Below are positions 11,206 through 21,820 of a stretch of DNA of 64,000 nucleotides, piece by piece. A model generated the notes under the pieces. That model ran no database searches, was not told the origin of the DNA, and saw only the letters and a list, made by a program, of their open reading frames with translations. Numbering within the stretch: position 1 is the first letter of the stretch; every line of letters begins with the position of its first letter. The position numbers and the translations under genes are program-made. This DNA is from Azolla caroliniana (taxonomy: Eukaryota > Plantae > Polypodiophyta): the NCBI GenBank assembly GCA_043228905.1, contig JBHGNT010000002.1, positions 26,722,001-26,786,000 on the forward strand, given 5' to 3'.

Positions 11206-12660
11206 TGTCGTGAATATTTTCGTCCATAGGGGGAAACCAGGGTGGAATGGGCAAGTCAGTGGTGTACAACATGTGCACACGTATACTAGGGAATGGTGTA
11301 TAGAAATAAGATGGGAAATTTTATCCCACATTGTAAGGTCCCTCCCTTCTTGGGCTATAAAAGGAAGGGAGGGGTCACTTATGAAGGGGTTACCTATTTT
11401 ACGTATGAGAGGTATACCACTTAGTCTAGAGTTCTTACCACATTAGGGTTAGGGTTTCAGTTAGGGTTTTCTCATAGTTTGGTGCGGTCCATGCGGCCAC
11501 CATTGTTGTAATCATTCGTTCGTTTTAATATAACTTGTTGAGTTTCTTGCCTCCGCCGATCTCTCCTTCTATGTCATGGTCTTATTCTTTCCTCTTCTCC
11601 TCTTGAGCTAGGCCTCCATATTATGTCTTATTCTTTCTCCTCTACTCCCTAGTCCGAGACCCCCGTGGTCCCACCCCTTCTACACACACGCGCGTAACAA
11701 CGCGACATCTTTGGTGAACCCGACGTGAAGGGTGGCAAGGGAGCATGGAGATGGAAGAAGACTTCGACTTCAACGAGATGATGGCAAAGATTGTGATGGA
11801 AGCCGGACGGAAGATGGCGAAGCGAGATGCGGCTCAACAAGCCGTCAAAAGGGTGGTCAATCGAGTCGACTAGTTCAATGGGAATGAGGTCCTAAAATTT
11901 TTGGGAGCCTACAAGGCCGACATGGTGAAATGGGGCGTGGACGAGGCGATGCGGCTAGAGTATTTTCCTCGAGTGGCGGTCGTATCGGTGCACAAGGAGG
12001 TCAAGGAGCTACGAGAAGCTCATGAGTCGTGGGTGTCCTTTGAGGGAGCCCTATTGGAGGCGTACGGGTACACGGAACCGGAAGGAAGAGGTCGACATGA
12101 GTTCGATCGGTGGGTGGCGTCGGCGAGGCGTCATCGGAGCGCGATGGAGGCATTCCGAGAGTTCAAGCGCCGTTTCTCTCAACTCTCGGAACGAGATCGG
12201 AGATCGGTGGGGGCAGACAAAGTCCTCTTTTTTTTGAAGACGATACATCAAGAGGAGAGGACAGACATCTTATTCGAGCTTCAAGATGATTATGGAGCAC
12301 ATGGTCTCACCGAGGAGTGGTCCGAGGTGGAATGGGTGTGCCGGCAACATGATGTGAGGCGGTCGGCCACAACACGGCCCGCGAGCGGTGGAGAAGAGAG
12401 AGCGGCGAGTGAGTACGCACTACCGCCAGAAGAGAGCTCAACGCCAAAATGGTTTAGAGGAGCTCGACCTAGAAGCACTAATACGGGAGACATGCAAGCT
12501 TGTGAAGGGGAAAATCGAAGCCGAAGAAGGGCTTATTATGGATTCAGGCCGAAGGCGATCGGAGGATGCGGAGGAAGAAGCCTCCTTAAGCGTAGAAGAC
12601 GGGGGCCTATACGGAGGCCAGAAGAGCGTACGACGGCGACATGGGAGAGGGTGCGGAGCA
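11206..12660 (+). mobile_element. 5' LTR (11206-11707), tRNA-Trp PBS and gag of a Ty3/gypsy-family element, truncated
   Basis: LTR tgtcgtgaat...cgcgaca. PBS tggtgaacccgacgtga at 11712-11728 is complementary to the plant tRNA-Trp 3' end. Gag-like ORF from ~11901 (YKADMVKWGV...LEYFPRV...WVSFEGALLEAY). Confidence 0.85.
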
Positions 12661-13599
12661 AGAAAAAGCTCCTTGATCTTCAAGGTGTATGTCGTGATGG
12701 ACATCTCCCTTTGTTGAATGTTGTTAAACTCTTGGCGGAGTTGAAGTCTTCTTGCGGTTGTGTTCACCGCGAAAATCTTTCGTAGATTTTCCCATGCCTC
12801 CTTCGGCGTCTTGGCTTCGCAAATGTAGCCGAGCATGTGATCGTGAACACATGTCGCCAAGCAATACATCACGTGGCTTGCAGCTTGCTCCCATGTCGCG
12901 TATCCGGGAGCCGTTTCGATGGGTCGGTCTTCGTGCACTCCTTTGATGTAGCTCCAATAGCCTTGTCCGACAAGGTATTGGTGCATCTTGTACTCCCAAG
13001 ATGCGAAGTTGTTTCGATCCAACTTCTCGGTAGGGAGAGCGCTCCCCATTTGAGTATTCATTATGTCGATTCTTCTTCTTCTTCTTCTTCTTCTTCTCTC
13101 TTCGAATGCGAGCTATGTAGCGAAGCTACGATGGAGATGAGTTGGTTCTTGGTCGTCGGCATAGGACACAGCGCACGCGGATGGGCTAGATCGAGCTACC
13201 AACCTCGCTCTGATACCATGTAAAGAATCAAGAGATGGATTCTGTGCAACGGAATAGATATGAATTGTGTGTGTGTGTGTGTGTATGAGAGAGACAAGGA
13301 GTAAGACACAGAGAATACGCAAGGTAAAGTATATTAACAAAGGAGAAAGACTCAACATTATACAAGGTGGGAGGAGGGTGCTTTATATAGTCACCCTCTC
13401 TCTTCATTAACTACAAGACTCATGGAGCATGGGGAATGTGAAAGCTCATAAGTTATGTGTCATAGAATATGATTCTATGACTTATACTAAATGCTAGAAT
13501 ACAAAGTGGTGACATAATGGTGACTCTTGACCGTTGGAGTGTCTATTCACTCTCAAGGTGAGTTCACACACTAGACCAAGTTGAGCTTGATTCTCAACA
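12661..13599 (-). mobile_element. Ty1/copia 5' end: LTR (13219-13599), tRNA-iMet PBS and truncated gag
   Basis: Minus strand LTR tgttgagaatc...tttaca followed by tggtatcagagc (13207-13218). Gag reads EKLDRNNFASWEYKMHQYL..QGYW...AKTPKEAWENL (copia gag/UBN2). Confidence 0.9.
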
Positions 13600-15877
13600 G
13601 CACCCAATTCATCTCAGACGCATCGGAAGCTACAGATTGGTTTTCTCTCGCATTCTCTGCCCTAAGATTAGTGGATTTTTGGGGAAACGGTTGACCCCTA
13701 GCAAAGATCTGAACTGTCTTTGTGGGGTTACATGCTAGGAGGTTGTTCTCGAACTCAATGGTTTCTGACCAGTCGTCCACAAGAGGGCTGCCTTCTTGTT
13801 CGTGCACTTTTTGTGTGTATGCTTTGATGCAAAAGGTTTTGTTGTTTTTACGCATATAGATTGTATCGTTCCCAAAATCCATTACAAGGCGGCTTATGCG
13901 TAGGAATGACCTCCCTAGTAAACACTCGTAAGCCACATGATTGGATAATTTTGTGATGATGAAGGTGAGATTGAACTCGACCCCGTGGATAGTGAAGTAG
14001 TGTGCCGGGATCATGCCTTTTGGCCATTGGATGGACCCATCTGCCATTCGGATTTTGACGTCTGAAGGAAGCATTTTTGGGCTCCCCCACTTACACCAAC
14101 ATTCATAGTTGACTATACTTACCCTTGCTCAAGTGTCAATGATCACATCACACGTCGTGCCGTTGATGCAGACGGGGAGAGTGAAACTAGTATCGTCGCT
14201 CTCGAAGTGAGCTTCACATATATCTACTGGTGTTCCTTCAGGTTGTTTAGGGATTGTGGTAGTATGAGGGACATGGGTGTGTATCTTTTCTCCGTAACCT
14301 GCTGATAGGCCTCCGTTGAGGTGGCAAAGGACATCGTGCCATGGTTGGATGTCGAGTTTGAGCAGCTCTTCAAGTGTGAACTATATTTCCTTGGCGAGGA
14401 TAGGTCGTAGGTGGGGCTTGTCAATCACGAAGGTGCCGGTGTAGCTCTGTACTTCGCGTAATGTGAGACATAATTTTAAATTTAATATTTGATGGAGCAG
14501 GGTCATGTTGACTTCTTTGATTGGGGTAGGTTGGGAGATGGTGGTGTCTGTTGGTGTTACGACGAGGGAGGGTGTATCCATGTGTTGGGGTGGAGGATTT
14601 ACCCATTCTTCGAGTTGGTCGAAGTTTAGGCTCGGGAGACTAAGCGATCCTTTGAACTATTCGTGTCATATGAGTTTGATGTACTCTTCGACCTTTTGTT
14701 TTTCAGCCGCTGGGTTTCGGTATGCTGCTAGGTGTGTTGGTAGCCCTTGGTTAGGGTTGACGAGTGTTGTTTCTACATCTCCCTCCGATTCTTGCTCTTG
14801 CTTTGAGGTCTGCGTGGATACATTTTTTTTGGATTTTCGTCTCTTACGCATAGTCGTGGGGAGGCCTTGGTCGTGATACTTTAAATTATGAGCTACTCTT
14901 TGAGTTCGTGTGATGACGTTGGCGCCAACCGTTGATGGTACGATGGATAACATATTTGCACTAATCCGTTTCTTTTTTTCTGGGCAATCAGGTACTAAGT
15001 GTTCTTTACCACACCCTGTGCATGATGCTTCTCTTTGGAACCACTCGATAAGCTTGTGTGACTGTTGGGTGAGACTTTGTACCGGTGGTTGTGGGGGTGT
15101 TTCGAGTGGGTGGTGTCGTGGTCGTTGTGCCATCCGGTTGTAGTACTCATGTTTGGTTGGGCACTCGCTAATCATGTGTGGGCCTTGGCAATTGAACATT
15201 TCAATTCTGAGCTTCTTAGACCATTATTATTGCGATATCCCATCGACAGGCCCCTTTGTTCTCCTCTCAAGATGTACACTAGTATTTGGTCGCCTTCGAA
15301 GTCAACGAAGTGGGAAAGCACCTCTTCTTCAACATCATACTCCCAGTATGAGTCTTCATATTCGGGGACGCCCCACCCAACCTAAGTTTGGTTATCGATG
15401 CCGTATTCTAGTTCGGCAAGACGAGCGCCAATACGCGGTACTGGGGTTGTTGGGGAAGTATTTCTGGTAGTTGTGAGCAGCTAAGCAGTGGAGGTGAGTG
15501 TGGGTGCTCGACCATTGGTGTTTGGCTATACCTTCCGTTTGGGGCTTGCCAGCAGTTCTCTTGAGAATGCATCACGAAGGCTTTGCACCAATTACAGTAT
15601 TGCAGCTATTGTTGGTGGAGGAGAGGGCACTCATGCCCCATGTGATGGCCATGGCACACCGTACACCTTGCATTTTCTCTTTGGCGTATGCTTCGGGTCT
15701 TTCTATACGGGGTGGTCTCGGTGGCGTGGGTGGAGTGGGATCCGAGGACTTCTCACGGTTGTTCATAGGCGCTTGAGTGGGTATCCGTAACCCACTCATT
15801 GAATCTTCGAAAGTCATCATTACTGTGCAAGCTTTAGCGCGAATGACCGACACATCCTGGCAATCAGGAAATTTTGA

Positions 15878-16285
15878 CAAACTCGATACATTGTATCGAG
15901 TTCATTTCGGGTTTTTTTTAAAAATTGCTTTTTTTCTATTTATTTTGGTTTTTTGTTTTTTTTTTAGCTTTAATAAACGATGAAAAAAATAGAGTTTTCA
16001 TCACAAGTCGATACAATGTATCGAATTCATGTTTAAATTTATTTTTTTCCATAAAAAAAATTGAAAAAAATATTAAAAAAATTTGAAAAATATACTTTAA
16101 ACATGAACTCGATACATTGTATCGAATTGTGATGAACAATCTGGTTTTTATATGAACTCAAGCTCAACTTATTTTTTTTAAATCCGGTAAAAAAAACTTT
16201 GAACATGAATTCAATACGTTGTATGGAATTATGATCAAAACTCTGTATTTTACATCAACTCGATACAACATATCGAGTTCATATT
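15878..16285. repeat. Array of palindromic aactcgataca-t-tgtatcgagtt motifs in direct and inverted orientation
   Basis: Five copies at ~15880, 16007, 16106, 16208 and 16257, separated by A/T-rich tracts. Confidence 0.85.
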
Positions 16286-17134
16286 TAAAAAACTTCTTGT
16301 TTTTCAAATAAAAGAGGTTTTTTAAACATGAACTCAAATTATACTAAAATCTATGTTTTTACAAGAGAAAAGGATACATATCGATCTTGCAAAGATGTAT
16401 GTTGCACAACAAGATACCTTATGGTGAACATGTGCTTCATTGATTAACAAAAAAACATTAATAATTGTATTGATGGTAATTGAACTTCGCAAATGCCATT
16501 TACTTCACAAATTTTGTAGGGGAATTCTCAAAAGGAAGAAGAGGATAAAAGTTTAGATACCTTGATAACTGTGTGATATGTTCAAATTGATATATTAATG
16601 TTCACATCTAAAGTTTGACAGTTTTGACACTTTATGAATATCATCTACATTTTAGGAGTTGTGGATTTATCAAAATTGTTTATGAATATGGTCTACATTT
16701 CTTGAGTTGTGAATTTTCGGATGTTAATGAGCACTAAATTTATAGATGATGACAGTAAAGATTGCAATGTTACCTCTTATACTTACAACATTTTCAAGTC
16801 TAACAAAAGATGTAATCTTAATCTCATCAAGATGGTGAAACCATTTATCTTAACTTGTGCCTTGAGTTAACCATTGTGATTTTCTTTAAGTTAACTACAT
16901 TTTATATATGCAAACCATCAAAATTTAAACATTTACTTAAAAACTATTCAATTTTAGAAATTATCATTTTGAAACTTGTTAAATCTCAAAAATTTAGCAA
17001 ATTTTACATGCTATTTAAAACATGTGATACTGGTGTATCAAGTTTTTGAAAATGGTCTAAAATTGCAAGATTATAAAAGGAATCTATAAATGGAATGCGT
17101 GATCCTTCCACTTGTGAACGCGAACGTGTTGTTT

Positions 17135-17302
17135 GGCAAACTTTGACCTTTCGTCGAAAGATGTGGGTTCATCGAACTTTGATCTTTCGTCGAAGGATGT
17201 GGGTTCGTCGAAAGATGATCTTTCGTCGAACTTTGTGGGTTTGGCAAACTTTGATCTTTCGTCGAAGGATGTTCTCTTGTCGAACTTGATCTTTCGACGA
17301 AC
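17135..17302. repeat. Short tandem repeats (~36 bp, degenerate) of actttgatctttcgtcgaaggatgtgggttcgtcga
   Basis: Direct reading. Appears as repeated NFDLSSKDVGSS in the ORF track. Confidence 0.85.
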
Positions 17303-18240
17303 TCTGAGCGGGAAATTTGAATGTTTTTGGCGCCAACGGCAATTTCGTGTCCCATAGGATGATCGAAATCAGCGAGAATCGCGGTGATCACTTTTGCCCT
17401 GCAACGGCTAAATCTCAACAATGTTGTGTTAACCGGACGAATAGCTTGCTAATGTCCGGGCGATTAAGGGGGGGGGGGGGGAATTAAAACTAAACAAAAC
17501 TGAAAATTAACTTAATAAAAATGTGAAGTAGTGAAAATTTTAATTAACATGGTTTCCTTTCTATTTCTTCCCTCGTTAAGTGGGTTGCCTACGAGTGTTT
17601 GATCACTCGAACTCGGCTTCAAGCGTCAGTCGTATCCCCGGCAACGGCACCAAATAGATGTGTAGGATCTATGTATCGATGGAGTTAACTCCTCGATGTC
17701 ATTCGTAGAATTCGGACCGGCGTATACCCTTTTAATGGCGAATCGGGTGGAGATGGTTGTCGGACACCTCTGAGCCTCACACTCACTTAACGATTAGTAG
17801 ATGATTAAGCACAATATCTCTCTCACTCTCTCAAGCTCGCTCTCATAAACAATAGGGTAATGAACGTAGACAATAAGTGTAATGAATATGTTATTAACCC
17901 TCTTTATTAAGAGGTCTAGCACCAACAAGGAAGAGAGATTAGTATTCTCTAACTAAACACTTCACTAATCTCTCTTAAGCTTAAAGGTTACAAGAAGGAG
18001 GAGAGGAAGCTCTAGCTCTTAATCAATAGGGAGATCTTTACAAATGGAAGAACCCTTACAAAGCCACCACCATGTGGTTTATATAGCATTTACATTTAGG
18101 GTATGGACCTTTCACACTTGGATCTCCCTTAGCCCTCTTTCCTCTTGTCATTTCCTCTTCGTAGGTCCTTTAGCCATACTACGTCCTTGTTGATGCGCTC
18201 TTCTTCATTACCGGTCGTGGTGCGATCCAAGCGCTTAACA

Positions 18241-20450
18241 CACCACCACCTTGTTGTTGGTATGTTTGGCAAGGGCTACTGCTTCCCAAAATGAGAAGAG
18301 GTTGTCTAGGATGCTCCGATTTCTAACGAAACCTGTCTGGGATGGATGAATGAGTTGAGGGAGAAGTGGTGTTAAATGATGTGCCACGATTTTTGCTAGC
18401 AACTTATAGACAGTGTTGAGAAGAGTTATGGGCCGCCACTTGCTAATGTCATTGGCACTCCCACCACTTTTAGGAATGAGATGTATCATCCCTTGTCTAA
18501 TTTCCTCTGGCATGTTTCCAGAGGTGATGATCTCCTCATATGCTTGGAGGAGGTCTTCTTTAATAGTGTCCCAAAGGCATGTGAAAAAGTGAGGGGTGAG
18601 GCCGTCAATTCCAGGGCAACTATCTTCATCCAAGTTAAAGAGGGCCTCCCATATCTCAATGATTCATAGGGGACGCACGAGCCATGTATTCATTTCCATC
18701 GTGACTTTCTCGGGTATGCTTTGGCGGATAATATCTTCTCTTATGTCTTCCCCTGTGGCCATAGTATATTCGGTAAGTAGACGCTTATAGTAATTTGTGG
18801 CAATATTCCTCATTTCGTCGCCATCCTCAGTGGTCGTTCCATCATCTCGGTTGAGGCTGCGCATCATTGTTCTAGCATGCCTCGGGCCTTTGGAGTGGAA
18901 GAATTCCTTTGTGGTTTTGTCCCCTACTCGAATCCATCACGCCATGGTTCCATGAAACTCCATGTCATATATTTCCTTTTCCGCCATGCTGAGTTCATGT
19001 TTGGCCATGGCAACTTGTCCTGTGATCCAATTACATGACGGGTATCTCTGTTGGAGTCGTTGTAAGGCTATTAGTCCCTGTTTTGTCCTCTGTCGCTTTT
19101 CCTGAGCATCTTTGCTTCTAGTCTTGACAATCTCATGTAGGAGAGTTGAAGCTCTTGTTAATTTAGCTAGAAGTTTGTCAGATGCTTATGAGTCATTGAT
19201 GGGTAATGACCATTGGTTGGAGAGTTGTTCCTTCACCTCTATAACTATGTAAATAGTGTATAGGATGCGAGGCTGGAATGGGCCCCATTTTCGGTGCAAT
19301 TGAAAATAACCAACGATCGGGTAATGGTCAGAGAAAGTCGTGCCTAGAGTCCACTATTCCGCCTATCTGATCGGAAAAATAAGAGAGAGTCCCTTTTTTG
19401 TTGGAAGTTGTCAGAGTGCCAGATGTCTCGCAGGTTAAGGTGTACACATAACTTCTCCCATTGTTTACATTCCCTTCCTTGTAGATCTATGGGGTTGTTG
19501 GAACTATCGTGAATGGATTTGATCATATTAAAATCCCCTCCAATGCACCACTCTTCCGCATCCGTTACTTGTAGGCGGAAGCATTCCCAGAATGTTGCCC
19601 TTTCTATTCTGCTATTTGGAGCATAAACATTCATGAAATTCCAGCGTTACCCTTGGATGGCCAACTTGCAAAAATGTGTCCTACCAAGTATAAGTAATTC
19701 CTGGTGTATTAAGCCTTGGGCTAGATGTTCCCGAATCAAAGTGCAAATACCACCATGATTTCCATCCTCCCCTATTGTTGGCTCCCAAATTGTTCGCCAT
19801 GATCATGGTAGAAGGTCTCCGACTTCCTTTGATTGTGTGCTATCGAGGTGGTGTTCCTGCAACATGATGATGTCAGCAACAGCAACACTCCCTAATAAAT
19901 AAATAAATATTCCTCAAGATTCCTTCTCAGTTTCCATCTGTTTTGTTGGTCTAATCGACTTCTGAGCCCTTGCTCGTTCCATGTTACAATCTTCATACTC
20001 ATGGAATGGGGTGGGAGCATGCCAGTTGTTCCTGGTGCTTTGCACAACAAGTCATGAGTGGGGAGCACTCACCATTTAGACATCCAGTCATTTCCAGGGA
20101 TAGAATGCTAGTCCAAATCCAAGAATGGAGTTTGTGGGCTATCCGGTGAGCTTCAATAGCCCCTCCCTGCTTCTCATAGAAATAGAAGAAGCCTGGAGTT
20201 AGTTGGGTGTCTATGATAGTCCGCAGGTGGATGTGGCAGAGATGAGGTTCCTCTTCATCCATGGTGCACCAGAAATCTGTGTTATTCCAATGCTTCTTTA
20301 GTTCATTCATGAGGGCTCCATCTCTAATTTTTGTTCAAAACAAGCTACTTGACTGCATAGGGTATCTTTGATCTTGACTTGGACCAGTCCTCTTGTGCCG
20401 AAAGCAAGAATGGAAAAGAAATTGAGGTCGTCGGTACTCCATTCTGACCC
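18241..20450 (-). mobile_element. L1-type LINE: APE endonuclease and RT N-terminus, pseudogenised
   Basis: Endonuclease motifs DIIMLQEHH, NVYAPN, WCIGGDFN and SDHYP. RT motifs CPGIDGL, LIPKSG, WRPITLLNTVYKLLAK and QTGFVRNRSILDN. Confidence 0.92.
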
Positions 20451-21820
20451 TTATTTTGTCCACTGTCGTATGCCTTATACCTAGCCATTTCAAGGCATTT
20501 TGTGGGTCTAGTTCAAGGTCCTGGCTAGATGTATCACACTCATTTATGTTTGGGAAGGCTATGATCTGAGGCTCGAATCAACTCTTGCTCCTGCTCTGGC
20601 ACTATTCCCCGATGGCCTCTGCTCCGCTACTCCTCCGCTTCTTGCTTGTCCATTCCTATATATTTCAAACCTAGAAGTTTGTGGATAGAAGAAATATGAT
20701 GGTTTTTTGGATGTTCTTTCCAAGAAGAAGTTAACTCCCTTCGGAAATGAAAACTTGCAAATCCACTAGGCAAATATGGTTCATGAGTTCATAAAGCATG
20801 ATGGTAAAATCAATGTTAAAAAGTTGTCAACCGCAATCATTTGCAGAGTTTAAGAAAATGTAAAATGGTATCATCATAATGTTGGTCGCTACATCACACA
20901 AATGTATACCTTACTTCATATGTTGACAAATAACAATAGGTGAGACGGTTAAGCCAATGGCAACGAACTTGAGGGATTGTAAGAGGCACCCCATGACTAC
21001 ATCTAACAAACAAGAATGCAATTAGCGTAAACGTGAAATATAGCAGCAATTTCATGATGAGGTTAAATTCATTGTGTATGTTGAATTCAACTTACATTCG
21101 AAGCGTCATATGCTACAACCATGTGCAATTTTTCACATCATAAAATATTATTCTGACTACTGCATCGTATTCAATCAATCCCCTGCTGTAAGGATGGAAC
21201 AAGGGCTTTTCAGAAGATAACGGAGAGCAGTTTGGAGAAATAATGAGAAGCTCTACAGTATTTTTCTGGGTTTATCTATACCTAAGCTGTAAAGATGGAA
21301 CAAGAGCTTTTGAGAGGATAAAAAAAAGGTCCGGAGAGTGCATTTTGGAGAAATAATGAGAAATTCATCGGTATTTTTCTGGGTTTCTTCCTCTGATGGG
21401 TATTGCTGAGCACAAGTACAATTAGAAGTCAAAGTTTTAGTTTTTAAGACTCAACAAGTCTTTGTGACCGTGAAGTATATCCAAGTTTGGATTCTGATCT
21501 TTAACATGATTCATCATCCTCTACACTATAATCTTTAAATCTAAAGCCATTCAAAAATACCTCTAAATTCAATATATTAATTAACATTGACATTCAAAAA
21601 GCTCTAATGCCACTAGTAATGTGTCAATGAATAGGACTAGACTCCCCTAGTGACACTCACAACAGAGCTTTTTTGCTCACTCATAGTTTGATTGAACATA
21701 GATATATTCTAGCAGCATCCCTAAATAAGCATCCTATCTTTTCCCGTTACAGATAAATTCCTATATTTATATATATCATAAACACCCGAGCACTTTACAC
21801 CCAATAACTCTTGTGAGTGT

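Larger units (their letters stand above)
13600..18240 (-). mobile_element. Athila-like Ty3/gypsy 5' half: LTR (~17655-18240), tRNA-Asp PBS, long leader, degraded gag-protease
   Basis: PBS tggtgccgttgccgggga (17652-17635) is the Athila-type tRNA-Asp PBS. CCHC knuckles at ~15660, ~15190 and ~15015. Protease-like IRMADGS...CLLGRSFL at 13900-14070. The LTR starts tgttaagcgc at 18240, abutting LINE RT. Confidence 0.75.

Noticed and set aside
8803-11707. One intact element bounded by LTRs 8803-9332 and 11206-11707
   Set aside because: The PPT precedes the first LTR and the PBS follows the second, so they are the 3' and 5' LTRs of two different copies. The enclosed pol is on the opposite strand.
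15878-16285. CRISPR-like array of palindromic repeats with spacers
   Set aside because: Eukaryotic TE context, irregular spacing, mixed orientation, low-complexity related spacers and no cas genes.
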